A DNA stretch of 64,000 bases, from positions 54,684,001 through 54,748,000 of the forward strand of contig OZ024744.1 of the NCBI GenBank assembly GCA_964016885.1, read 5' to 3'. Under the pieces are notes generated by a model, which was not told the DNA's origin, ran no database searches, and was given only the letters and a program-made list of their open reading frames with translations. Shown here in pieces: positions 1 to 11,423 of this stretch; the first letter of the stretch is position 1, and the number at the start of each line of letters is the position of its first letter. A program made the position numbers and the translations under genes. The DNA comes from Eledone cirrhosa. Its lineage: Eukaryota.

Positions 1-657
1 TATGCTTTTTCTATGAAAATTAGTAGTGGGCAGACTAATTTGCATAGAGCGTGAGTACGTACCGGTTCAGCGGAGACGATAAAAACAAATAACGAAACGA
101 AATTAAATTTCGCTTCGTTTGTAACTCACTTTTGTATGACTGACGCTTAAACAATTAAGTTAAAAATGTACATCTACATATGCATACTGAAATACTAGTG
201 TGCATATGAATACACACACGTGTACATATGTAGATGTACCGAGTTTTTCATAATTTTCATAGAAAAAGCATATAACGATATGTGCTTTTACGATTCTCTA
301 GAAAGGCCGGAGGATAGGTAAATATTGCTGATGAGATGTAACAACATCGAAACTAGTCCAATATTCCTGTCTGGCTTTCTGGAGAATAGAGGAAAGGTGT
401 TTCCTCGAAAACCAGTATGACTCTAAAAACCGGTTTGTCTGTGTTTACATACAGACTAGCTGAACACTCACAGTAAAGTGTCCAGTGAAAAACTCGGTAC
501 ATCTACATATGTACACGTGTGTGTATTCATATGCATACTAGTATTTCAGTATACATATGTGGATGTACATTTTTAACTTAATTGTTTAAGCGTCAGTCAT
601 ACAAAAGTGAGTTACAAACGAAGCGAAATTTAATTTCGTTTCGTTATTTGTTTTTAT
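1..657 (+). mobile_element. Fold-back non-coding element carrying a hammerhead ribozyme (PLE pLTR/retrozyme-like)
   Basis: Arms of about 170 bp at 80-250 and 487-657 are near-perfect inverted repeats. 1-22 is the reverse complement of 251-272. An HHR lies in the spacer and the element ends at (TA)n 655-676. Confidence 0.75.
321..365 (+). ncRNA. Type I hammerhead ribozyme (minimal, intact core)
   Basis: aatattg-CTGATGA-gatgt(aaca)acatc-GAAA-ctag-TC-caatatt: 7-bp stem I, 5-bp stem II, palindromic stem III, GUC cleavage triplet. Confidence 0.9.
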
Positions 658-763
658 ATATATATATATATATATAGTAAAACATTGAACGGGAACAAAA
701 CATAGAGGCAGTACGAACAAAGGTTTATTAGTTTCACGCTCTTGAGAGTGGGGTGGTGGTGGG

Positions 764-799
764 GAACGACGTTTCGGGCATAAGCCCTTCTTCAGGTGA
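764..799 (-). ncRNA. Minimal hammerhead ribozyme in the Penelope pLTR
   Basis: Reverse complement reads cac-CTGAAGA-a-gggc(ttat)gccc-GAAA-cg-TC-gtt. The core is intact and stem I is weak. Confidence 0.75.
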
Positions 800-1873
800 A
801 AAGTGTGGGAAGAGAGTTCCAAGGGTGTGTAGGGGAGTGGTGGAGAGACATATAGAAAAAAGGGGGTGAGAGGAAACGGTACAAATGAAATTAAATATAA
901 AAGCATAATAAAAATAAAAATAAACATGAAGTAAAACAGGTGGTGGAAGGGTGTGGGGCGTGTAGGGGTGGTGGCGGGTGGAGTGGGGAGAGGGAAGCGG
1001 GTGTCCGAGCGTGGAGGGCTGAAGGTGGTGTGTGTGTGTAGGTGTACGTGTGTGTGTATGTGAAAGTAAGAGTTGGGGGAAGAACGGGGATTGCATGTTC
1101 AGGAAAAGGTGTGTGGGGGTGGGGTGTAGGTCGGCGTGTGTGGATGGGGAGGGGTCAGAGGGGTGGGGGTAGAGGATTCCGGAGGCTAAGTGTGTAAATA
1201 TGTGGTGGTATGCACGTGTGTGTGGTGTTTATACGTGTTGTGGATGTAGGTGGCGTGTGGGAAAAAAAATGTTTGAGTGTATGTCAGTGGGTGAGTCCCT
1301 AAGGTAGTTCCGTAGAGGATGTAGTGGGATGCTGGGTAATTTCCGTGTGATGTGGTTGATTCTTGGGAGCGATGTCCAATGTGTGTAATCCGTGGTTGGG
1401 TTGGTCGGAAGAGGGGAGATGTGGGGTGCGCGCGCAACAGGAAGTGGTCAGAGGGTCAAGGCAGGCGGAGGGTTGTGTGTCTGTGTGTGGGGGGAGGTGG
1501 TTAGAGATTCAGGGCATAGCAGCAGTCCAGGAGAATGGTAAGTGAAGAAAGTCGGTGTGTCAGTGTGTGCGGATTTGCGGTGGACGGGGGAGAGGATGGG
1601 TAGGTGTGAAAGTTGGAGTGAGGAGGGGGGGTTGTATTAGTAGAGGTGTTAGTGGGATGTGTGTGTGTGGGTGGAGCGGGGAGGGGGAGGGGGAGAGAAA
1701 GGTGTGGGGGCCGGTGGAGTGAGTGTAGTGTACTGGTGTGTGTGTGCGTGTTTGGATGAGTGTGTGTAGTGAAGGGGGTGTTAGTGGAGGTCAATGGTGG
1801 TAGGGTGTGTAGAGTGGGTGGTGTAAGTAGGTGTGTGTGGGGTTGGGGGGGGTTAGTGATATTAGTTGCGTGT

Positions 1874-1904
<31 letters not shown>

Positions 1905-2216
1905 TTAGTGATGTTAGTTGCGGGGTGGTGGGGTGGATATGTGGGGCTGAGGGTTAGTGGTGGTAGTAGGGTGTGTGTTTAGTGTGAGCGTGTGTATATA
2001 TGTACCGGTGGGTGTGTGCGTGTGATAAGGGGAGGGGGGAGAAGAAAGGAGGGATGTTAGTATTGTTAGTTGGGGAAGGGTGGTCGGTTGTGAGGTGGGG
2101 GTGTTAGTATTGTTAGTTGTGGGGTGGGCGGTGAAAAGGAGGAGTGTGTTAGTGGGGGATATGTGTGGGGGGAGGAGGGAGGGCGGTCAAAGGCTAAAGG
2201 AATAAGGGTGAGGAGT

Positions 2217-4604
2217 TCAGGCCGGGGGGAGTGTGGGTCTGTAGGGTGAAGATGGTTCGTTGTTCGGCCCTGAGGAGGGTGGCGAGTGTTCCGTGTCATT
2301 GGAGTAGGCCACAGACTGTGAGGTGGTGCGCGGAATGTCCAGGGGAGCCAAAGTGGCGGGCGATGGGGGAACTACCACCGAGGCGAATATCTCGGAGGTG
2401 TTCGGTAAATCGGTCCACCAGGCGACGTCCAGTCTGTCCAACGTAGGTTGCGCTTCACTCCGTGCAGCGAAGTCCATAGACTAGGTTGGAGGAGGTGCAG
2501 TGGTCGTTGGGACCCTGGAAGGTGGTGGTGTTGGTGATGTGGGGGACAGGTGTTGCAACGGGGCCTGGAACAGGGAAGGGAACCGGGGGTAAGCGTGGGT
2601 AGGGGGTAGGGAGCTGTGGACGAGGAGGGTGCGGAGATTGCGTGCGCGTTTGAAGGAGGGAAGTGGTGGGGCTGGGAAGATGTGGGAGATGGAGGGGTCG
2701 GACTGGAGGCGGTGGAGGGGTGGTAGGTGATGGGGAAGGGGAGACGGTGGGTGGGTGTGCGGTGGCGTGGGTGAGGGTGGTGGAGCGGTGGTCAGCACAA
2801 GCGCGAGTGAGAGCGGTGTGGGCGAGAGGGGGGGGGGGGGGGGGGTAACCTCTGCGGATGAAATGGCTGACTAGGGAAAGGGCCTGGGACTCAAAGTCAG
2901 GATCTCGGCTACAGAGGCAGCGGATCCTGAGGCATTGGGAGTAGGGAATAGAGTGTTTAGTGTGTGTAGGGTGGGAAGAGGTGAAGTCGAGGTAGGAGTG
3001 GGAGTCGGTGGGTTTGAAGAAGGCGGAGGTGACGAGGCAGTGGTGGGAGGGGTCGAAGGCGACAGAGATGTCTAAGAAGTGGGCGTGGGTGGTGGAGATA
3101 GATGTGGTGAAGTGGAGGGAGGGGTGGAAGGAGCAGAAGAAGGAGAGAAAGGAGTCGAGCTGTTCTCGGGTGAGGGTCGTGGCTCCGATACAGTCGTCGA
3201 TAACGACCGTACAGTTCGGGCGTGGGGCGGGTGTACTGGGCAAAGATTTGGGCCTCAACATGGCCAACAAAAAGGTTGGCATAGTTTGGGCCCATTCTTG
3301 TGCCCATGGCTACCCCCGTGACCTGTTGGTAAAACTCACCCGAGAAGGAGAAACAGTTGAGGGTGTGGACTAGCTCGGCGAGGCGAAGGAGGGTGGGGGG
3401 AGGGGAGGGGGGAGGGGCGAAGGTCGAGGTAGTACTTGAGGGCACGTAGGCCGTCGGTGTGGGGGATGACAGTGTAGAGGGACTTAATATCTAGGGCGAA
3501 GAGGAAGGGCTGTGGGCCGGGTGGGAAGGTGAAGGAGTCGAATAGGCGAAGGGTGTGGTTGGTGTCAGAGATGTGGGAGGGGAGGGTGGTGACGAGGGGG
3601 GCGAGGATGGAGTCAAGAAAGGCGTAGATGAGTTCGGTGTGGCAGTTTCAAGCGGAGACGATGGGGCGGTCGGGGTTGTCGGGTTTGTGGAGTTTGGGGA
3701 GGAAGTAGATGGTGGGGGTGCGGGGGTGCACACGATGACGTGGGAAGCGGTGGGGAGGGGATGAGGAGACAAGGTGTTGGATGGTGGAGGAAACTTGTTG
3801 GTAGAGGGGTGTGGGATCGGAGGGTAGAGGGCGGTAGAAGAGGGAGTTACGGAGCTGCCTGAGGGCTTCAGCCATGTAGAGGTCCGCGCGCCACACCACC
3901 ACGGCGCCTCCCTTGTCCGCCGGTTTGATGACGATGTCATCTCGGCTACGGAGGGAGCGGAGAACGAGGAGTTCGCCCCGTGAGATGTTATTCCGTTGGG
4001 ACCGGTGGCGGAAGTTGAAGCGATTTACTGCGCTACGGCTGGCATCGACGAACGCGTCCAGGGTGCTAAATTGCCCTGGGGCCGGCGTCCAAGATGATGG
4101 TCGTCGGCTCAGAGCGAGAAACGGGTCTGGGGCGTTCGGAGCCGGTGGCGTTTGACCGAAACGGGAGGAGTGAGTGTAGCTTACGGGCTTTGGTGGAGGT
4201 GAGGAAGGAGAAGAGGTCGTGGTTGAGGTTTTGGATGAAGAGGAGGATGGCGTGGGCGAGGAGGGGGTGGCAGGCGGAGGAGGGTGGGGTCAGTTGGTAG
4301 TCAAGTTTGCGGATGGGGGAGCGGGAGGTACGGAGTGAGTTGCGCATTGCGAGGATCGGGTGAGGATACGTTGGGTGGAGGGGGGAGCGGGGGGAGTGTG
4401 GAAGTGTAGATGGAAGCCGAGGGGGATAAGGTTGAGGTGGAGGCAGTGGCTGAGGAAATGGATGTGGCTGGAGTGCCGGGTTTTGGCGAAGAGAAGGTAG
4501 GAGAGTTGAAGGGCCAAGGGGAGATAGCAGGGTGGGAGGAGGGGTGGGAGGAAAAGTTTGAGGCTAGTGTGGAGTTGATGGAGAAAGGATCTCAGGCTGG
4601 GCAT
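2217..4604 (-). pseudogene. PLE reverse transcriptase + GIY-YIG endonuclease (multiple frameshifts)
   Basis: Motifs HIHFLSHCLHLNLIPLGF, IVIKPADKGGAVVVW, IYFLPKLHKP..RPIVS, QQVTGVAMGTRMGPNYANLF, IDDCIG, FLDISV, KPTDSHSYLDFTSSHP..K.SIPYSQ, NLVYGLRC and FTEHLRDI are spread over different frames. Confidence 0.9.
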
Positions 4605-4889
4605 GGTGGGCGTGGAGTGAAAGCAGGGGGAGGAATGAGGAGGAGGGTGTGGGAAGCGGGGGTGGTGGGGGTGGAACGAAGGGGTGAGTGCGAATGATAG
4701 GCAGAGACGGGGAAACGTAAGGAGAGGAGAGTATGCACAGGAAAATCATAGACAAAAAATCATAATCTTAAAAACACAGGCAATCATGGACAAAAAATCA
4801 TAGACAGAAATAAACAAGATATATATATATATAAAATTATTAAGTCAAATATGTAAAATTTGGCTTCGTTTATTATAAATTATAGATAT

Positions 4890-4944
4890 ACTGCTATATA
4901 TATTTTGGTGACAGCCATCATTGGTTGTGACCTCTTCAGGCAGT
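4890..4944 (-). ncRNA. Hammerhead ribozyme (GAAA mutated to AAAA)
   Basis: Reverse complement: actgc-CTGAAGA-ggtcacaacca(atga)tggctgtcacc-AAAA-tatata-TA-gcagt. Confidence 0.7.
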
Positions 4945-5014
4945 CCAAATTAGTGTGGACGGAGTAAAACACACTTCAACAACATGTGTACCTGTCTTTC
5001 CCACACTAATTTGG

Positions 5015-5069
5015 ACTGTCTGGAGAGGTCACAGCCAATGATGGCTGTCACCGAAATATATATAGCAGT
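5015..5069 (+). ncRNA. Hammerhead ribozyme (CTGAAGA mutated to CTGGAGA)
   Basis: actgt-CTGGAGA-ggtcacagcca(atga)tggctgtcacc-GAAA-tatata-TA-gcagt. Confidence 0.7.
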
Positions 5070-5375
5070 ATATCTATAATTTATAATAAACAAAGCCAAA
5101 TTTTACATATTTGACTTAATTATTTTACATTACTCCGGAGTAAACAAACTAACCTGCGTACTTCGTCGAGTTCTCCAATCTGCATACTGAGGTGTCGGTA
5201 AACAACCAACATATACTAAAAAAAAAAAAATATATATATATATATATGTATGTATAACAGATATTTAATTTGTTGGAAATCCAACAAATATAGATGTTTA
5301 CAACTGATTCAAAGCACTCGACAGATTTCTGGAGTAAGTATTCAATTGATATTAAATAAATGGAAACTATATTTT

Positions 5376-5433
5376 TTCTATTATATATATTTCAAGGGTA
5401 CCAAAAATTTTGGTACTCTATCATCAGATAAAA
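5376..5433 (-). ncRNA. Hammerhead ribozyme
   Basis: Reverse complement of the HHR at 5567-5624. Confidence 0.8.
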
Positions 5434-5566
5434 TACAAAATGTTGTGTAAATATTTGACATGACCAAGGATAATATGCCTTAACGGATCAAGTTATTCCA
5501 GGGATAACTTGATCCGTTAAGGTATATTATCCTTGGTCATGTCAAATATTTACACAACATTTTGTA

Positions 5567-5624
5567 TTTTATCTGATGATAGAGTACCAAAATTTTTGGT
5601 ACCCTTGAAATATATATAATAGAA
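5567..5624 (+). ncRNA. Hammerhead ribozyme
   Basis: ttttat-CTGATGA-tagagtaccaaaa/tttttggtaccctt-GAAA-tatata-TA-atagaa. Confidence 0.8.
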
Positions 5625-5668
5625 AAAATATGGTTTTATAAATAGTTTCCATTTATTTAATATCAATT

Positions 5669-6082
5669 GTATATATATATACACACACACATATATATAT
5701 ATACACATACACACACACATATATATATATATATATTTATACATATATATACATATACATATATATATATACATATATGTATATATATATGTATATATAT
5801 ATATATATAAGTATAAATATATATATATATATATGTGTGTGTATATATATATATATATGTGTGTGTATATATATAAGTATATATATATATATATATACAC
5901 TTATATATATACACACACACATATATATATATATATATATTTATACATATATATACATATACATATATATATATACATATATGTATATATATATGTATAT
6001 ATATATATATATGTATAAATATATATATATATATATGTGTGTGTATGTATATATATATATATATGTGTGTGTATATATATAA

Positions 6083-6118
<36 letters not shown>

Positions 6119-6160
6119 TTATATATATACACACACACATATATATACATACACACACCC

Positions 6161-6201
<41 letters not shown>

Positions 6202-6272
6202 CATATATATATACATATATGTATATATATATATATACACATATATATACATATATATACATATATATATTT
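5669..6272. repeat. Complex (TA)n/(CA)n/(TG)n microsatellite
   Basis: Direct reading. The Y/I/H/C-rich ORFs here are artefacts. Confidence 0.95.
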
Positions 6273-6464
6273 ATACTTGGGGAGGGTCATATTGTTGTAA
6301 TATTACCAGAAATAATAACAGAACACACTCACTGTTTGGCTGATTTTCGCTTCTGTATCTTTTATATGTCCATAGTTAATTTATTTGGCAATCAATGTTT
6401 ATCATTGATTGACCAACGGTCAAAAATACAGATATAAATACATATATATAGTCTATCAAAGTTC

Positions 6465-6499
6465 TTTCGTTGCACATCTGCAACATCATCAGAGGTACT
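6465..6499 (-). ncRNA. Partial hammerhead ribozyme
   Basis: Reverse complement: CTGATGA-t-gttgca(gatg)tgcaac-GAAA. Stem III and stem I' are not recognisable. Confidence 0.5.
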
Positions 6500-6870
6500 A
6501 TTATGTCTCCTCCTGTTGTATTGTATATCTACGCCATTTTTATTAAAATTAAAATAAAAATAAAAATACATGATGATATATTCATACATATAAGGAAGAT
6601 GGAAAAAACTTTTCTCAACACTTAATTTTAAATCTTTAATTTTTAGTTTTTAATGTTTATTAATTCATTTTTAACTATAATACTCAACATTTGAAAAGAT
6701 TAATTTTACTAATACATCGCTACCAGTAATACTTTATATACTTTATATACATTATAGAACTCATTTTTAAAAGAATTGTCCCTCTCATTTTTTCAATAAT
6801 GTTACTTTGATGAATCAAAGAAAGGAAAAAAATGAAAAACAGACCCTTTAATATATTTTCCATGCTATTT

Positions 6871-6942
<72 letters not shown>

Positions 6943-7123
6943 CATTTATGTTAGACTGGTGTTTTGGGTTGGTTAACGATGATACAATAAATTAATTAAA
7001 GCACTCAATGTTATGCAACTTATCCATCAAAGATATGATAACCAGTGTTTGGTGTAGGAATAGAGTTAAGTATACATTAAAAATAAGACAGGAAAATTTA
7101 CTTTAGATTTTTAATTCCATGAA

Positions 7124-7198
7124 ATCACTATACATATTTCAATGGCCCAGCTCTATCATCCAATTATGATGCAAGACTAGACGATTTCATCAGGTGTT
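7124..7198 (-). ncRNA. Hammerhead ribozyme with long stem II
   Basis: Reverse complement: aacac-CTGATGA-aat...(46 nt, imperfect hairpin with atcat/atgat)...att-GAAA-tatgta-TA-gtgatt. The downstream sequence is related to 7540-7700. Confidence 0.7.
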
Positions 7199-7748
7199 AT
7201 TTGCAGAATTATATAACAGGATTACGTCAAACCCTTACAGAAAACAGAAGATAGGAAAAAATAGAAAATAGAAAATAGAGGACCGATTTGATTCGAGGAC
7301 AGCCTGCTAATTTGGTGTTATATCAATGGCAGATGGTCCCTCTATTTTCTATTTCCAGAGTAATAAGATTCACTATTTAGCCTTAATAAAATGAAAATCA
7401 TCATCATCATCATCATTTAACACCCATCTTCCACGCTAGCATAGGTTAGAGGTGTGTGTGTGTGTGTGTGTTCATTTATGTTGTGTGTTTCACTAATGGA
7501 CAGAACTAGTCATTCCGCTTAGTTAACCATGATATAATAGTAAGAAAAGCACTCTACCTCATGCAACTCATCCATCGTAGATGTTGAATCCCATGGCTGG
7601 AGCAGGAATGGAGTTAAATATTTATTTAAAACAACAGAGGCCAAACTGTAAAAATCCCTTTAAAGTCTTAATGTTGTAAAAAAAGCACTACACATAATTC
7701 AGATAGGTGTTAACATGTAAACTCTCAGACGTGAGTCTCTATGTTAAC

Positions 7749-7840
7749 ACATATCTGAGGAGCTTCCGATTCCAGAGTCAGGTTTGATCATTTATAGATC
7801 ATTCCTTGAGCTGATCGACAGTGAAACATATGTAATATGT
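7749..7840 (+). ncRNA. Hammerhead ribozyme with long stem II
   Basis: acatat-CTGAGGA-gct...(about 60 nt hairpin with tgatc/gatca)...agt-GAAA-catatg-TA-atatgt. Confidence 0.8.
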
Positions 7841-7944
7841 AATTAAACATGTATATGATGCAACACTGATTCTTTGTTCCCTTATATATTATTATTATAT
7901 ATTATTATTGTTCCCTTATATATTATTATTATATATTATTATTA

Positions 7945-8340
7945 AGGTTGTCTGTCGGACAGGTGCGAAACGCGTCCTCCGCTGTTTGTTGTTTTGAATA
8001 TCTGATATTTGAAGCTCAGATATTCAAAACAACAAACAGCGGAAGATGCGTTTCGCACCTGTCCGACAGACAACCTTTCCCCCACCTCGGAAAAACCCCC
8101 AGTTGATGGATGTGAATCCGAAATATATAGGGACTACTAAATCTCTCCCAAGGTAACTCTCTCTCGTGTTGTTATTTTTATTTTATCCTTTATACTCTTT
8201 CCTTCATTCTTCTACACATCTCATACACACCACGCATCTCAACGTACACCCACTTACATCTCTCTCTCCACCACCGGATCTTGTTACCCGGAGATTTACC
8301 CATTTGCATTGTCAAGGCTTCCAAACGACTTAAAGATATT
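7945..8340. mobile_element. Fold-back element with HHR 3' halves and a degenerate HHR
   Basis: Inverted arms at about 7945-8005 and 8017-8077 contain GAAA-cgcg-TC. 8097-8132 reads ccc-CAGTTGA-t-ggat(gtga)atcc-GAAA-tata-TA-ggg. The element ends at (TA)n. Confidence 0.55.
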
Positions 8341-8647
8341 TATATATATATATATATATATATAAAGTAAGTCCATAGAATCATTAGATAAAATATATAC
8401 AGTATTTCTTCTCCCAATCAGCATAAATCAACCACACAAAAAATCATTTAAACGAGACTATGAGTTTAAAATATACTTATGAAGAAACAATAGGTAAATG
8501 ATGTAGCTTTTTATCCGCGATTCACAGCTACAGAAAATTTACCTAGTATTTCTGATAGCCTGTACAAATTGACTAGACATACATAATTAGGTACAAAATC
8601 AAAGTTAGAAGAAAAAATGTACATAAACCTACCAAAAATCATCAAAA

Positions 8648-8732
8648 TATCTCTACCCCCGGCAGTTTCATTCCATTTTGGAAATATCCGATCTTGGATA
8701 AATCAACCAGGTTTGGAAATCATCAGGAGATA
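8648..8732 (-). ncRNA. Hammerhead ribozyme with long stem II
   Basis: Reverse complement: tatctc-CTGATGA-tttcca...tggaat-GAAA-ctgccggggg-TA-gagata. Confidence 0.75.
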
Positions 8733-8971
8733 ACTCAATTGGACAAAGATTTTTCTTACATGATCCCCACCAGAAACGAATTCAAAATGGCTAAGAATCA
8801 TCACGTGGCTAGTGGTCAAGGCAGAAAGTTTGTGATTGGTGCTTGTCAGCGAGTAGGCTGGTTGCTAGAAAGCGCAGCAGAATACTGCTTAAAGTTTTAC
8901 TTAACCTTTTGGGAGTATATAACATTTAAAGGGTATATACATATAAACTAGACAAAGCCATATATATCATA

Positions 8972-9011
<40 letters not shown>

Positions 9012-9394
9012 TTTTTTGCAAACATTCACGTGGCTCAATGACGAATTAATTAAATAATTAACAATCAGAGCAATATATAAAAAGTAAGTCCATAGAATCA
9101 TTAGATTAAATGGATACAGTATTTCTTCTCCCAATTAGCATAAATCAACCACACAAAAAATCATTTAAACGAGGCTATAAGTTTAAAATATACTTATGAA
9201 GAAACAATAGATAAATGATGTAGCTTTTTATCCGCGACTCACATAGCTACAGAAAATTTACCTAGTATTTCTGATAACCTGTAAGCACCAATCACAAACT
9301 TTCTGCCTTGACCACCAGCCACGTGATGATTCTTAGCCATTTTGAATTCGTTTCTGGCGGGGATCATGTAAGAAAAATCTTTGTCCAATTGAGT

Positions 9395-9476
9395 TATCTC
9401 CTGATGATTTCCAACCTCGTTGATTTATCCAAGGTCGGATATCAAAAATGGAATGAAATTGCCGGGGGTAGAGATA
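9395..9476 (+). ncRNA. Hammerhead ribozyme with long stem II
   Basis: tatctc-CTGATGA-tttcca...tggaat-GAAA-ttgccggggg-TA-gagata. Confidence 0.75.
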
Positions 9477-9876
9477 TTTTGATGATTTTGGTAGGTTTAT
9501 ATACATTTTTTCTTCTAACTTTGATTTTATACCTGGTTTTATGTATGGTTAACTATTTGTCTAGTCAATTTCTACAGGCTATCAGAAATACTAGATAAAT
9601 TTTCTGTAGCTATGAGTCACGGATAAAAAGCTACATCATTTATCTATTGTTTCTTCATAAGTATATTTTAAACTTATAGCCTCGTTTAAATGATTTTTTG
9701 TGTGGTTGATTTATGCTGATTGGGAGAAGAAATACTGTATATATTTTATCTAATGGACTTACTTTTTATATATTGCTCTGATTGTTAACTATTTAATTAA
9801 TTCGTCATTGAGCCACACCGTGAATGGTTGCCAAAAACATATATCTACGGCTTTGTCTAGTTTATATGTATATACC

Positions 9877-9966
<90 letters not shown>

Positions 9967-9967
9967 T

Positions 9968-10578
9968 ATGTCAGGTCACCAGTTGGTGCTACTGGTAACA
10001 TGTATCCCAGTACAACCTGTCTCATGGTCGGGTCGTTGGCGACTAAACTGGCAACCCCACCAAGGTTTCTTGGTGAGGAGGGTGACTTTGGACATCCTGC
10101 AGGACTAAAAACAAAACCTGTCAAAGGGCAAAGGAGCTCTTAAGAGTCAATGGCCATCCAAAATCACCGGGAGAGATGACCCCTTAGCCTTTGTCAAGGC
10201 AGAATTCTAGGAGAAGGAAAACTCTGATATAACACCTGCAACCTTGATGGTATCCAATGATGTTGACTTGTTCTTCTTTTTGGTAAATATCATCTTGGTT
10301 AAGAGAGTGGGACTGGCTTTGTGCAGTGCCTTTGCTCACTATAAAAGCTTCACGGCACAGGCATTGCTTTATATCTGGAGATCTCTCTGCACTTGTCCTC
10401 ACATGGTACCATGGGCCCAGCACTATGTGTCAATAATTGTCACAAGTGTAGTGTTTGTACCAGAGTTTTCAAGTCGCTGGCTGGACTAAAAAGTCACACT
10501 CATGCAGCGCTTCGGTAGGGGTTCTCCTACATGGATATAAAGTAGTGGCCGTACTCGAAAACGAGTTGGCAGCCACCA
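9968..10578 (+). mobile_element. Non-autonomous RTE-derived element (5'UTR fused to 3' end), copy 1
   Basis: Contains an RTE-type 5'UTR motif (ggagaaggaaaactctga) shared with 43200-43400, and a C2H2-relic/3' end (ggccgtactcgaaaacgagttggcagccaccat) shared with 38700-38755 and 43590-43700. Confidence 0.65.
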
Positions 10579-11140
10579 TATATATATATATGTATGTATA
10601 TATGTATGTATATGTGTATGTATGTATATATATGTGTATGTATATGTATATGTATGTGTGTATGTATGTATGTATGTATGTATGTATATATGTATGTATG
10701 TGTGTATATATGTATGTGTGTATGTATATGTATGTATGTATGTATATGTATGTATGTATGTATGTATATATGTATGTATGTATGTATGTATATATGTGTA
10801 TATGTATGTATGTGTGTATATGTATGTATGTATGTATGTATGTGTGTATGTATGTATATGTATATGTATGTATATGTATGTATGTATATATGTGTGTGTA
10901 TGTATGTATGTATGTATGTATGTATGTATGTATGTATGTATGTATGTATATGTATATATATGTATGTATGTATATATATGTGTGTGTATGTATGTATATA
11001 TATATATATATGTATGTATGTATATGTGTATGTGTGTGTATGTATGTGTATATATATATATGTATGTATGTATGTGTGTATATATGTATGTATATGTATA
11101 TATGTGTGTATGTATGTATGTATGTATGTATGTATGTATG

Positions 11141-11172
<32 letters not shown>

Positions 11173-11422
11173 TATATGTATGTATGTATGTATGTATATA
11201 TATATGTATGTATGTATGTATATATGTATGTATGTATGTATGTATATGTGTATGTATATATATATATGTATGTGTATATATGTATGTATGTGTATATGTA
11301 TATATGTGTGTGTATGTGTATGTATGTATATGTGTATGTATGTGTATATGTATGTATGTATATGTGTATGTATGTATGTATGTATGTGTGTATGTATGTA
11401 TATATATATGTATATATATATG
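10579..11422. repeat. (TATG)n/(TA)n/(TG)n microsatellite
   Basis: Direct reading. Confidence 0.95.
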
Positions 11423-11423
11423 T

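Larger units (their letters stand above)
680..4800 (-). mobile_element. Penelope-like retroelement (Penelope/Poseidon type), degenerate
   Basis: Minus-strand frameshifted ORF with PLE RT and GIY-YIG motifs, a downstream HHR at 764-799, a strongly C-rich coding strand and (TA)n on both sides. Confidence 0.85.
4836..5212. mobile_element. Fold-back element with two divergent HHR copies
   Basis: Inverted arms at about 4836-4958 and 5003-5125, a unique tail to about 5212, flanked by (TA)n. Confidence 0.75.
5343..5668. mobile_element. Near-perfect palindromic element with two intact HHRs
   Basis: Arms at about 5343-5497 and 5503-5668 with a loop of about 5-6 nt, adjoining TA-rich microsatellite. 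Confidence 0.8.
8364..9880. mobile_element. Tandem plus inverted array of an approximately 0.7-kb HHR-bearing unit
   Basis: Minus strand 9283 to 8364 is a partial unit followed head-to-tail by a further unit (period about 720 nt). Plus strand 9284-9880 is an inverted unit. (TA)n lies at both ends. Confidence 0.8.

Noticed and set aside
5550-6437. Long Y/I/C/V-rich ORFs
   Set aside because: Translations of TA/CA/TG microsatellite. The same applies to 10455-11600, 31983-33964, 37502-37730 and 60775-61155.
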